Below, one piece after another: positions 30,664-40,022 of a stretch of 64,000 bases of DNA. The position numbers were made by a program, and so were the translations under genes. The DNA is taken from contig CALXPP010000006.1 of the NCBI GenBank assembly GCA_944390345.1, positions 3,353 through 67,352 of the forward strand, given 5' to 3'. The DNA is from an uncultured Clostridia bacterium. Its GTDB lineage: Bacteria; Bacillota; Clostridia; TANB77; CAG-508. Below the pieces are notes generated by a model. That model was given only the letters and a program-made list of their open reading frames with translations. It did no database searches and was not told where the DNA came from. How positions within the stretch are numbered: position 1 is the stretch's first letter; each line of letters opens with the position of its first letter.

Positions 30664-30855
30664 CTATTTCCAAGTTCTTTTCATATTTATTTCTTCTTTT
30701 TTCTTAAAAGCTTCGAATAATAGCATTAATATATCTTGTGGTGTTTCATCTTCAAAGCCTCGTTCTTCTATCATTTTATTTGCATACTCTTGAATATCTT
30801 TAATACTACTTTTTTCATTTAAAGTATTTAGTTTTTTTAATAGTTCATTCTCCAT
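30664..30855 (-). CDS. small ORF resembling the N-terminal part of a MazG-type nucleotide pyrophosphohydrolase; possible remnant
   Basis: IKDIQEYANKMIEERGFEDETPQDILMLLFE looks like a MazG-like N-terminus, but the metal-binding EExxE part is missing. Confidence 0.3.
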   Translation of the reverse strand: MENELLKKLNTLNEKSSIKDIQEYANKMIEERGFEDETPQDILMLLFEAFKKKEEINMKRTWK

Positions 30856-30896
30856 TGTAACTATAGAAACAGCAAAGTGCTGTTACCTCCTTTGAT

Positions 30897-31955
30897 TTAT
30901 TCTTCTAATGGTTCTTCGTCCTCATCTTCTTCAGGTTCTCCATCTACTAAAGCATTCTCAAAAGCTTGTGAAAAATTGTCTCTTACTTTCTTTTCTACTT
31001 CTTCTGCCATCTTTGGATGCTCTAATATATATTTTTTTGCATTTTCTCTACCTTGTCCAATTTTTTCTCCATTGTAACTAAACCAAGATCCACTCTTTTC
31101 TATAATATCTAAATCTACGCCTAAGTCTAATAAGCTTCCTTCTTTTGATATTCCTTTTCCATAAATAATATCAAATTCAGCTTCTCTAAAAGGTGGTGCT
31201 ACTTTATTTTTTACAATTTTTACTCTGGTTCTACTTCCTACTACATTACCATCTTGTTTTATATTTTCTATTTTTCTAATATCCATTCTTACAGAAGCAT
31301 AAAATTTTAATGCTCTACCACCAGGAGTTGTTTCTGGATTTCCAAACATTATTCCTACTTTTTCTCTTAATTGATTTATAAATATTATAATTGCATTTGT
31401 TTTATTAATTGCACCAGCTAATTTTCTTAATGCTTGAGACATAAGTCTAGCTTGCAAACCAATATGAGAATCTCCCATATCGCCATCTATCTCTGCTTTT
31501 GGAACTAGAGCTGCAACGGAATCTACTACTATAATATCTATTGCTCCACTTCTAATTAATGCTTCTGCTATTTCTAAAGCTTGTTCTCCTGTATCTGGTT
31601 GAGATACAATTAAATTATCTATATCTACTCCAATTTTCTTTGCATAAGCTGGGTCTAGAGCATGCTCAGCATCTATAAAAGCTGCCTCTCCCCCAAGTTT
31701 TTGAGCTTCTGCAACAGCATGCAAAGCTAAGGTAGTTTTACCAGATGATTCTGGTCCAAATATTTCTATAATTCTTCCTTTAGGAATACCACCTATTCCT
31801 AAAGCTATATCTAAATTTAAGGCTCCTGTTGAAATTGCTTCCACATTCATTGATTGAAAATCTCCAAGTTTCATAACAGAACCTTTTCCAAATTGTTTTT
31901 CAATTTGACTCATTGCTGCATCTAAGGCTTTTCTTTTTTCTGAATTATCTCCCAT
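30897..31955 (-). CDS. recA: recombinase A
   Basis: [35 protein letters not shown], and the L1/L2 regions. The start is placed at the ATG at 31953-31955 (MGDNSEKRK), behind GGAGAAAGAA. The track start at 32036 lies upstream of the promoter. Confidence 0.97.
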   Translation of the reverse strand: MGDNSEKRKALDAAMSQIEKQFGKGSVMKLGDFQSMNVEAISTGALNLDIALGIGGIPKGRIIEIFGPESSGKTTLALHAVAEAQKLGGEAAFIDAEHALDPAYAKKIGVDIDNLIVSQPDTGEQALEIAEALIRSGAIDIIVVDSVAALVPKAEIDGDMGDSHIGLQARLMSQALRKLAGAINKTNAIIIFINQLREKVGIMFGNPETTPGGRALKFYASVRMDIRKIENIKQDGNVVGSRTRVKIVKNKVAPPFREAEFDIIYGKGISKEGSLLDLGVDLDIIEKSGSWFSYNGEKIGQGRENAKKYILEHPKMAEEVEKKVRDNFSQAFENALVDGEPEEDEDEEPLEE

Positions 31956-31970
31956 TTTCTTTCTCCTTCT

Positions 31971-32032
31971 CGAAAATATGTTTGTAAAACTTTCGTTTGT
32001 ATATATTATATATTTAAAAAAATTTTTGTCAA
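31971..32032 (-). promoter_or_regulatory. recA promoter with a LexA (Cheo-box)-like operator
   Basis: Minus strand has TTGACA (32027-32032), 16 nt, then TATAAT (32005-32010). It is followed by CAAACATATTTTCG (31971-31984), a 12/14 match to CGAACATATGTTCG. Confidence 0.45.
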
Positions 32033-32057
32033 GCAATTTTTTGTTTTTCTTATTTTT

Positions 32058-33650
32058 TTATTGCCTATACCACTTTTCTATATTGTGATATATATTAAAA
32101 GTATTTGGTGTTATATTTCCTACTAATCCTTGGTTACATATAATTGATTCTGTATTTCTATATAAACCAATATATGGTACTTCTTCTAAGTATATATCAA
32201 AAATTCTACTATAATAATTATGCATTTCAGCTTCATCTTGAACATTTTTTACAGACTGTAATATATTTTGTAATTCTTCGTTATTGTAATTTGCAATATT
32301 TCCAGCACCAAAAAAAGTCTCTAAATTAGGTGAAAAACCTGTTTCAATACCTGTAATTATGCAATCATAATTTCTATTATTTAATGCATCATAATATCTA
32401 TCTGAAGATAGTTCTCTTACACTAACTTCCATTCCAAAATTATTCAATTGTTCTGCAATATTTTGTGCTGCTTTTAATCTTCCTTCATTATCACTGTTTA
32501 CAGTTATTGTAAAACTTAATCTACTATTTTGACCGTCAATTCTCTTTTGCCATCTATTATTTCTATAGCTCCAACCATCTGCTTCTAGTATTGCTTTTGC
32601 TTGCTCTGTATTAGTTTCTACATTTAAATCTCTTGTATATAACCAGTTTCCCATATCTAAACTAAAATTTGAAACAGTATATCCATTTCCTAAGCAAGTT
32701 GCTCTTACATTTTCTTTATCGATACAATAGCTTAACGCTTTTCTAACTTCTTTATCTGAAAAAATATTAGAAGCCGTATTTAAAGTTAAAAAATCATAGT
32801 TTCTTGCTTTATATTCTATTTTATTATAGCCTATGGTACCTATATATTCTTCCACATTACTAGCAGTTACAGTAACTATATCTATATCTCCACTTTTAAA
32901 AGCATTATATACTTCTCCCATAGTTTGATAGTTTGTAAGAATTATCTCCTCTGCCATAGGCTTTCTACTTTGATCCCAATAAGCATCATTTCTAGCAAGG
33001 GTAATTACATTTGCATTTACAGAAACAATTTTAAATAAGCCTGTACCAACAGGAGCTACATTTTTATCTGCATTTTGCACATCTGTTCCTTCATAGTATT
33101 TTTGGCTTATAATAGGAAATGTTAAATAATACTCAAAAAAAGGAACTTCTTGTGATAATGTAAATTTAATAGTATAATTATCTATTACTTCTAGACTAGT
33201 TACATATCTTAAATTTTCAGAATATATTGAGCTAATTTCACCATTTTTTATTGTGTCTACTGTAAATTTAACATCATTTGCTGTAAAAGGCATATTGTCG
33301 TGCCATACTACATCCTGCCTTAATTTTACTAAGTAATTTAAATCATCTTGTTTTGCAACTTCCTCTGCTAAACGATATTCTTTTTTATAGTTTTCGTTCA
33401 AAGTTATAAGTGGCTCAAAGATTATTTTACTAATTTCTTGAACATTACGATTTTTACTAAGTATTGGGTTTATAGTATCCATTTCAGCAATTGCTAATCG
33501 TAAATCTTTTTGTATAGTACTCACAGTAGATGTTTGATCTAAATTGGCATCATCAGTTTCTTTGTTTTCTTTTATTATCTTGTAACCAGTATATGCTACT
33601 AACGCAATAACTACTATTACAAAAATATATTTAAAATAACTCTTTTCCAA
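32058..33650 (-). CDS. ABC transporter substrate-binding protein, family 5 (peptide/nickel type), membrane-anchored
   Basis: 530 aa with an N-terminal TM and SBP_bac_5-like blocks (VWHDNMPFTANDVKFT, PVGTGLFK). No permease or ATPase gene is adjacent. Confidence 0.8.
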   Translation of the reverse strand: MEKSYFKYIFVIVVIALVAYTGYKIIKENKETDDANLDQTSTVSTIQKDLRLAIAEMDTINPILSKNRNVQEISKIIFEPLITLNENYKKEYRLAEEVAKQDDLNYLVKLRQDVVWHDNMPFTANDVKFTVDTIKNGEISSIYSENLRYVTSLEVIDNYTIKFTLSQEVPFFEYYLTFPIISQKYYEGTDVQNADKNVAPVGTGLFKIVSVNANVITLARNDAYWDQSRKPMAEEIILTNYQTMGEVYNAFKSGDIDIVTVTASNVEEYIGTIGYNKIEYKARNYDFLTLNTASNIFSDKEVRKALSYCIDKENVRATCLGNGYTVSNFSLDMGNWLYTRDLNVETNTEQAKAILEADGWSYRNNRWQKRIDGQNSRLSFTITVNSDNEGRLKAAQNIAEQLNNFGMEVSVRELSSDRYYDALNNRNYDCIITGIETGFSPNLETFFGAGNIANYNNEELQNILQSVKNVQDEAEMHNYYSRIFDIYLEEVPYIGLYRNTESIICNQGLVGNITPNTFNIYHNIEKWYRQ

Positions 33651-33803
33651 TATTTCTTCACCTTTCTATATATCCGATATTAATCTTATATCATTTTGAT
33701 TAAACTTTCAAGTTTTTTATACAATTTTATTTAAGCTTTCTTCTGCCTACCTTCCTTATGCTTTATAATTTGTTTTTTGCTCATATATATGCAAAATATC
33801 AAA

Positions 33804-33832
33804 TTGAAATATTTTACATAATATGGTATAAT
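33804..33832 (+). promoter_or_regulatory. near-consensus extended -10 sigma-A promoter
   Basis: TTGAAA (33804-33809), 17 nt, then TGgTATAAT (-10 at 33827-33832). Confidence 0.6.
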
Positions 33833-33922
33833 ATATTTAGATACGCAAAAAGTGTACTTAGTAAATCTCTAAAGCCGTTTACGAAATTTACTTTAGGACA
33901 CGAGACAACAGGAGGAGATATT

Positions 33923-34471
33923 ATGGAATTTCTGATGACTATCATTTTTTCGATTTTGTGGCCCATCAAAGGCATCATTTACATGGAAGAGCAGGCTCTG
34001 CAGTGGATTTTTGCAATTGGAACCGTGTACCTTCGGGAATACGGCTACATTTTGCTGATACTTCTGGGAATAGCCTTGATGCTCTCCTTCGGACACTATC
34101 GTAGGGTTCTTTATGGAGCTAGAGGCGCTATCGTAGCAACAATCGTGTTGCTGATTACAGTAATAATAAATGTCTGCTTGGCATGGTTTTATCTAATATA
34201 CGGTGCAATTAATGGCCGTATGGCAGACACTCACCAGCCTTTCAGACTTTCAGTTCGGAGAGATCCAAGAAACAGATTGCGTCTCGTTTTAGATAGAACT
34301 AATCCCAGTCTGCACTATAGGCTTGGAAGATGGCTCTATCGTAGCTTCAACCGGATACTACTCCATATTCCACAGATAAATCCTCAGTTCTGTTCTGCCC
34401 TTGCCAGAGTAATTGCCCTGGTGGTAATTCTGTGGGGAATTTGGAACATCCCATATGACCTTACGCACTAA
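33923..34471 (+). CDS. hypothetical polytopic membrane protein encoded in a G+C-rich island
   Basis: ATG at 33923 sits 6 nt after GGAGGAG. The protein is 182 aa, with four hydrophobic segments, an Arg-rich ~60 aa segment and a C-terminal TM. Codon usage (CTG, GGC, CGG, GCC) is unlike the rest of the window. No family recognised. Confidence 0.7.
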   Translation: MEFLMTIIFSILWPIKGIIYMEEQALQWIFAIGTVYLREYGYILLILLGIALMLSFGHYRRVLYGARGAIVATIVLLITVIINVCLAWFYLIYGAINGRMADTHQPFRLSVRRDPRNRLRLVLDRTNPSLHYRLGRWLYRSFNRILLHIPQINPQFCSALARVIALVVILWGIWNIPYDLTH

Positions 34472-34493
34472 AGGAGGGATACACAAAAAAATA

Positions 34494-34533
34494 AAACCAT
34501 ATTCTTTAACGGCGAGAATATGGTTTATTTTTT
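34494..34533. terminator. bidirectional rho-independent terminator
   Basis: aaaccatattct-ttaacggcg-agaatatggttt, flanked by an A-run upstream and a T-run downstream. It serves both the island gene and spoVS. Confidence 0.7.
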
Positions 34534-34603
34534 ATTAAATTGCTTTTGTTTAAAGTTTATCTAAACACATTTGTATAAAATATTTAATTATTTTGTTCTT
34601 TAG

Positions 34604-34867
34604 TTATTTTCTAGATTCTATAATTAGCTTAATACCAGTTCTGTCTTCTCCTTCCACCTGTACTTCAGCAAAAGCTGGTATACAAACTAAATCTACTCCT
34701 GATGGAGCAACAAAGCCCCTAGCAATTGCAACAGCTTTTATAGCTTGATTCAAAGCTCCTGCTCCTATAGCTTGCATCTCCGCTCTTGTACTTTCTTTTA
34801 CCAATCCTGCGATTGCTCCTGCAACTGAATTTGGGTTTGATTTTGACGAAATTTTTAAAACTTCCAT
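34604..34867 (-). CDS. spoVS: stage V sporulation protein S
   Basis: MEVLKISSKSNPNSVAGAIAGLVKE..AIGAGALNQAIKAVAIARGF is highly characteristic of SpoVS. Confidence 0.95.
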   Translation of the reverse strand: MEVLKISSKSNPNSVAGAIAGLVKESTRAEMQAIGAGALNQAIKAVAIARGFVAPSGVDLVCIPAFAEVQVEGEDRTGIKLIIESRK

Positions 34868-34905
34868 TTCTTTTCCTCCTATGATTTTTTTATTTTATCT
34901 TGTGT

Positions 34906-35084
34906 TTCGATAAACTTATTTTACAATATTAATTTCAATAAGTCCATAGTTTTTTTATATTTTTCCAAACTTTCGTGTGTCAGTTTTCTACAGTATTTTC
35001 AATGGTTTCACATTGTTTTTGTCGATTTTTGTCGATAAATAATTTTTATTTTACCATTGTTTTTTTATTTTTTCTTTTTCGACA
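34906..35084 (-). promoter_or_regulatory. cluster of Spo0A-box-like heptamers upstream of spoVS
   Basis: The plus strand has TTCGATA (34906-34912), TGTCGAT (35020-35026), TGTCGAT (35030-35036, 10 bp apart) and TTCGACA (35078-35084, an exact reverse 0A box TGTCGAA). Confidence 0.35.
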
Positions 35085-35160
35085 AAATATAATTTTTAAA
35101 AATTATCTCATTCTTTAAATAAAAAAACTAATTATTAAAAAATAATTAGTTTTTTATAAT

Positions 35161-35949
35161 CTATTTATTAATTCTTACTATATTTACCACTTTGTTCTCT
35201 ACATCATCTACTTCAAACATACAAGCATTTAATTTTGCTTTTCCCTCTGCTATTTTATATTTTTCTGGAAGAGAAGTTTCAAATCTCTTTATTGAAGTAT
35301 TAATATCCATACCTATAACAGAGCTTTTTGGTCCTGTCATTCCTAAGTCTGATAAAAATCCTGTTCCTTTATCTGAAATTTCTTCATCTGCTGTTTGTAC
35401 ATGCGTATGTGTTCCGAAAACAATTGTAACTTTTCCATCTAAATAATGATATAAAGCTATCTTTTCAGCAGTTGCTTCTGCGTGCATATCTATTACTATA
35501 ATATCAACTGTATTTTTTAAATTTTCCACTATATCTTTTGCTACTATAAAAGGATTTTCAGATAGAATATTCATACCTACTCTGCCTATTAAATTTATAA
35601 CAGCTATTTTTTTCTTGTTTGATTTACATGTCAATATTCTATAACCCTTTCCAGGATTATTTTTAGAGTAATTTGCTGGTCTTACAATTCTTTCATCTTC
35701 TATAAATTTAAATATTTCTTTTTTAGCCCAAGTATGATTTCCCATTGTAACTACATCTACACTTAAATTTAAAATTTCTTTATATTGTTTTTCTAATAAA
35801 CCCATCCCATCTGCAGTATTTTCTCCATTTACTATAACAAAATCTATTTTATTTTCTTTTACAATTATTGGGAGTTCTTCTTTTAATTTTTGTAAACCCG
35901 TTTTTCCAACAATATCTCCTACTGCTAAAATTTTCATTGTAAAATCCAT
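35161..35949 (-). CDS. ymdB: YmdB-family metallophosphoesterase (2',3'-cyclic-nucleotide phosphodiesterase)
   Basis: MKILAVGDIVGK, NGEN, GNH, DMHAEATAEK, GTHTHVQTAD. The true start may be the ATG at 35935-35937. Confidence 0.85.
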   Translation of the reverse strand: MDFTMKILAVGDIVGKTGLQKLKEELPIIVKENKIDFVIVNGENTADGMGLLEKQYKEILNLSVDVVTMGNHTWAKKEIFKFIEDERIVRPANYSKNNPGKGYRILTCKSNKKKIAVINLIGRVGMNILSENPFIVAKDIVENLKNTVDIIVIDMHAEATAEKIALYHYLDGKVTIVFGTHTHVQTADEEISDKGTGFLSDLGMTGPKSSVIGMDINTSIKRFETSLPEKYKIAEGKAKLNACMFEVDDVENKVVNIVRINK

Positions 35950-36033
35950 TCCTTTCTTAATTTATATTCTTTTATTATATTTTACATTATTTTTTAATAT
36001 ATATTATATTAGTATATTTTTCAATGTCTATGC

Positions 36034-36498
36034 TTATAATTTAGATTTCTCTTTTAAGAAATTTAAAAATGCTTTTAAACCTTCTAAAATATCAACATAT
36101 GTTTTATCAAAATTTCCCGTATACCAAGGGTCTGCAATATCTCTTGGAGATTTTGAAAAATCTAATAATCTAAAAATTTTATTTTCTTTATCTTCTCCTA
36201 CTATTCTTTTTATAGCTCTTATATTACTTTCTTCCATTCCTATAATATAATTATATTTTTTATAATCCTCTTTTGTAATTTTTCTAGCTATATGTTTTTC
36301 ATATTTAATTCCTAATTCATTTAATTTTCTTTTTGTTCCATAGTGCATACCATTACCAATTTCTTCACTACTTGTAGCTGCTGAAGCAATTTCAAATTTA
36401 TTAGATAAATTTTCTTTTCTTACTAAATCTTTAAAAACATATTCTGCCATTGGAGATCTACAAATATTTCCTAAACAAACAAATAAAACTCTAATCAT
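36034..36498 (-). CDS. low-molecular-weight protein-tyrosine phosphatase
   Basis: Contains the VLFVCLGNICRSPMAE P-loop and the DPWY acid loop. Confidence 0.85.
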   Translation of the reverse strand: MIRVLFVCLGNICRSPMAEYVFKDLVRKENLSNKFEIASAATSSEEIGNGMHYGTKRKLNELGIKYEKHIARKITKEDYKKYNYIIGMEESNIRAIKRIVGEDKENKIFRLLDFSKSPRDIADPWYTGNFDKTYVDILEGLKAFLNFLKEKSKL

Positions 36499-36712
36499 AA
36501 ATTCCTCCTACCAATGAAATTTTTTAGATTCTTCCAATACACTATCAAAAACAGTTTTATTATAACATAAATTTATAGGTTTTGTAAAATTTAAAGTATT
36601 TTGATTTAATAAATAAATTATAAATTTAGAGTTATATATTGATTTATTTATATAAAAAATATTATTATGTAGCAAAATTTCAAACTTAATTTAAAATAAT
36701 TTATATTATAAA

Positions 36713-36738
36713 AAGCACCGAATAAAAATTCAGTGCTT
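36713..36738 (-). terminator. guaA terminator
   Basis: aagcaccgaat-aaaa-attcagtgctt (one mismatch), with a T-run on the minus strand. Confidence 0.55.
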
Positions 36739-36780
36739 CTGACTTATTTTTCTATCTATTAAAAGTATTTTATTAAATTC

Positions 36781-38319
36781 TTATTCCCACTCAATAGTTG
36801 CTGGTGGTTTACCTGTTATATCATATACTACTCTATTTACATGTTTTACTTCATTTACAATTCTACTTGAAACTTTTTCTAATACTTCAAATGGAATTTT
36901 ACTCCACTCTGCAGTCATAAAATCTGAAGTAGTAACAGCTCTTAGAGCTATTGTATAATCATAGGTTCTTTCATCTCCCATTACACCAACACTTTTTAAG
37001 TTTGTTAGAACTGCAAAATATTGATTTATGCTTCTATCTAGTTTTGCTTTAGCTATTTCCTCTCTGAATATATAATCTGCATCTTTTAAAATTGTTAATT
37101 TATCTTCTGTAATATCTCCTATTACACGAATTGCTAAACCTGGTCCTGGAAATGGTTGACGATATACTAAAAATTCAGGAAGACCAAGTTCTAAACCTGC
37201 TTTTCTTACTTCATCTTTAAATAAATCTCTAAGCGGTTCAACTATTTCTTTAAAGTCTACATAGTCTGGAAGTCCTCCAACATTATGATGACTCTTTATT
37301 TTAGCTCCTACACCTACTCCACTTTCGATTACATCTGGGTAAATCGTTCCTTGCACCAAGTAATCTACTGCTCCTATTTTTTTAGCTTCTTCTTCAAAGA
37401 CTCTAATAAATTCTTCGCCAATTATTTTTCTTTTCTTTTCTGGTTCTTCAATACCTGCAAGTTTTTCTAAAAATCTAGCTCTAGCATCTACTTTTACAAA
37501 ATTAACATCAAAGTTTTTTGTAAATACTTCTTCTACCTCTTCTGCTTCATTTTTTCTAAGTAAGCCATGATCTACAAATATACAAGTTAAATTTTTTCCA
37601 ATTGCCTTATTTACTAGAGCTGCTGCAACAGACGAATCTACTCCACCAGATAAAGCACATAAAGCTTTTTTATCTCCTATTTTTTCTTTTAAAGCTTTTA
37701 TAGTATCTTCTACAAAAGAATTCATTTCCCATTTTCCTGTACAACCACAAATATTGTAAACAAAATTTCTTAATATCTCAGTTCCTCTATTTGTGTGATT
37801 TACTTCTGGATGGAATTGAATACCATAAAAATTTTTTTCTCTGTTTTGCATTGCAGCATTTGGACAATGGTCTGTACTTCCTATATTTTCAAAACCTTCT
37901 GGAAGTTCAGCTACAAAGTCTGTATGACTCATTAAGCAATCGTTTGTAGCATCAAATCCAGCAAATAATTTTGAAGAATTATCTATATTAACAGCTGTTA
38001 CTCCATATTCTCTTTTGTCTGCTCTTTGAACTTTGCCACCTAGCATATATGTCATAAGTTGCATTCCATAGCAGATACCAAGTACTGGTATTCCTAAATT
38101 AAAAATTTCCGGATCACATTTAGGTGCATCTTCACCATAAACACTAGCTGGTCCACCTGTGAAAATAATTCCTTTTGGATTTTTTTCTTTTATTTTTTCT
38201 ATGCTTGTATTAAATGGAACTATTTCAGAATAAACATTGCATTCTCTTACTCTTCTAGCTATTAATTGATTGTACTGTCCATAAAAATCTATTATTAAAA
38301 TTAATTCTTCGTTTTTCAT
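36781..38319 (-). CDS. guaA: GMP synthase (glutamine-hydrolysing)
   Basis: GATase (GICYGMQ, HPE), the ATP-PPase SGGVDSS motif, and a C-terminus ending in TIEWE. Confidence 0.97.
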   Translation of the reverse strand: MKNEELILIIDFYGQYNQLIARRVRECNVYSEIVPFNTSIEKIKEKNPKGIIFTGGPASVYGEDAPKCDPEIFNLGIPVLGICYGMQLMTYMLGGKVQRADKREYGVTAVNIDNSSKLFAGFDATNDCLMSHTDFVAELPEGFENIGSTDHCPNAAMQNREKNFYGIQFHPEVNHTNRGTEILRNFVYNICGCTGKWEMNSFVEDTIKALKEKIGDKKALCALSGGVDSSVAAALVNKAIGKNLTCIFVDHGLLRKNEAEEVEEVFTKNFDVNFVKVDARARFLEKLAGIEEPEKKRKIIGEEFIRVFEEEAKKIGAVDYLVQGTIYPDVIESGVGVGAKIKSHHNVGGLPDYVDFKEIVEPLRDLFKDEVRKAGLELGLPEFLVYRQPFPGPGLAIRVIGDITEDKLTILKDADYIFREEIAKAKLDRSINQYFAVLTNLKSVGVMGDERTYDYTIALRAVTTSDFMTAEWSKIPFEVLEKVSSRIVNEVKHVNRVVYDITGKPPATIEWE

Positions 38320-38361
38320 AAATTCTCCCTTTAAATTTTAAAATTATTTACCAAATAATTA

Positions 38362-39864
38362 TTATGTTCTTTGCTCTATTTCCTTTAAAATAACATCATG
38401 AGCACTTCCCTCTTTTATACTTACATTTGAAACTAGAGTTAATCTTGCTTTTTCATGTAGTTCTGGAATTGTAATAGCTCCGCAATTGCACATTGTTGAT
38501 TTTATTTTGCTTACTGTAATTGCTAAATTATCTTTAAGTGGTCCTGCATATGGAATGTATGAATCAACACCTTCTTCAAAAGAAAGTTTTTTATCTCCTC
38601 CCATATCATATCTTTGCCAGTTTCTAGCTCTATTTGAACCTTCTCCCCAATATTCCTTTACAGTATTTCCATTTACTTTAAGTTTTCTTGTAGGGCTTTC
38701 TTCAAATCTTGCAAAGTATCTTCCCATCATTACAAAATCTGCTCCCATAGCTAAAGCTAAAGTAATATGATGATCATGTACAATTCCACCATCAGAGCAA
38801 ACTGGTATATATATACCTGTTTTTTCAAAATATTCATCACGAGCAGCCACTACATCTAACAAAGCACTAGCTTGTCCTCTACCAATTCCTTTAGTCTCAC
38901 GAGTAATACAGATTGATCCTCCTCCTACTCCGACTTTAATAAAATCAGCACCTGCTTCTGCTAGATACATAAAACCTTCTCTATCTACAACATTTCCTGC
39001 ACCTATTTTAACTTCATCTCCATAATGTTCTCTTACCCAATCAATAGTCTTTTTTTGCCATATAGAATATCCATCTGAAGAATCCATACAAATTAAGTCT
39101 ACGCCTGCCTCTACTAAAGCTGGTATTCTATCTGCATAATCTCTTGTATTTATACCTGCACCTACTATATATCTCTTTTCTTCATCTAGCAAAGATTCTG
39201 GATTATTTTTTCTATCTTCATAATCTTTACGAAATACTAAGTATTCTAAATTATCATTATCGTCTAATATTGGCAAACAACTAATTTTATTTTCCCAAAT
39301 AATATCATTAGCCTCTGATAAGCTAATTCCTTTTTTTGCACATACAATTCTTTCTCTTGGAGTCATGTACATATCTATTGGTGTATCTAAGTCCGCTCTA
39401 GAAATTCTGTAATCTTTATCTGTTACTAAACCTAAAAATTTACCATTGCTACTACCATCTTCTGTGATAGTTACTGTTGAGTGTCCTGTTTTTTTAACAA
39501 GCTCAATAACTTCCCTAAGAGTTGTTCCACTTTTTACATTTGAATCACTATCTACAAAGCCTGCTTTATATTTTTTTACATTATAAACCATTTTAGCTTG
39601 TGATTCTATAGATTGAGAGCCATAAATAAAAGAACATCCACCTTCTCTTGCTAATGCAATAGCCATTTCTTCACCAGAAACTGCTTGCATTATCGCAGAA
39701 ACGAAAGGGACATTCGCATAATACTTTGCTGCTTCTCCTTTTTTAAATTTTACAAGTGGTGTTCTTAAACTAACATTACTTGGTATACATCTTTCATCTG
39801 TTAAATTTGGTAATAATAAGTATTCATTAAAAGTTCTTGAAACATCTTCTAATACTTTTGCCAT
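38362..39864 (-). CDS. guaB: IMP dehydrogenase
   Basis: [12 protein letters not shown] catalytic loop, a CBS insert, and GSLAG-like C-terminal blocks. Confidence 0.93.
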   Translation of the reverse strand: MAKVLEDVSRTFNEYLLLPNLTDERCIPSNVSLRTPLVKFKKGEAAKYYANVPFVSAIMQAVSGEEMAIALAREGGCSFIYGSQSIESQAKMVYNVKKYKAGFVDSDSNVKSGTTLREVIELVKKTGHSTVTITEDGSSNGKFLGLVTDKDYRISRADLDTPIDMYMTPRERIVCAKKGISLSEANDIIWENKISCLPILDDNDNLEYLVFRKDYEDRKNNPESLLDEEKRYIVGAGINTRDYADRIPALVEAGVDLICMDSSDGYSIWQKKTIDWVREHYGDEVKIGAGNVVDREGFMYLAEAGADFIKVGVGGGSICITRETKGIGRGQASALLDVVAARDEYFEKTGIYIPVCSDGGIVHDHHITLALAMGADFVMMGRYFARFEESPTRKLKVNGNTVKEYWGEGSNRARNWQRYDMGGDKKLSFEEGVDSYIPYAGPLKDNLAITVSKIKSTMCNCGAITIPELHEKARLTLVSNVSIKEGSAHDVILKEIEQRT

Positions 39865-40022
39865 TATATAAATCCTCCTAATTAAATTAATATTTATATT
39901 ATATTATAGATTTACATAAAAAGCAAACTTTTTTGTCATTTTTTATATATTTTTATTAAATATTTATTTAATCACCAATATAATTCTAAAACCAACATTA
40001 TTTGAAAAATTATTCTTTTGTA

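Noticed and set aside
33893-34096. 67-aa minus-strand ORF inside the island.
   Set aside because: It is antisense to the much longer SD-led plus-strand ORF, and it has no SD or sensible start context.
33840-34533. The G+C-rich ~0.6 kb patch in an AT-rich genome could be a large structured ncRNA of OLE/ROOL/GOLLD size class, not a gene.
   Set aside because: One uninterrupted 183-codon frame spans exactly the G+C-rich segment. It starts 6 nt after GGAGGAG, ends just before the terminator, and translates into alternating hydrophobic helices. Such an open frame is very unlikely by chance at this composition. A covariance-model scan would settle it.
39865-40022. Purine riboswitch upstream of guaB.
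   Set aside because: The region is uniformly AT-rich, with no recognisable three-way-junction core sequences.
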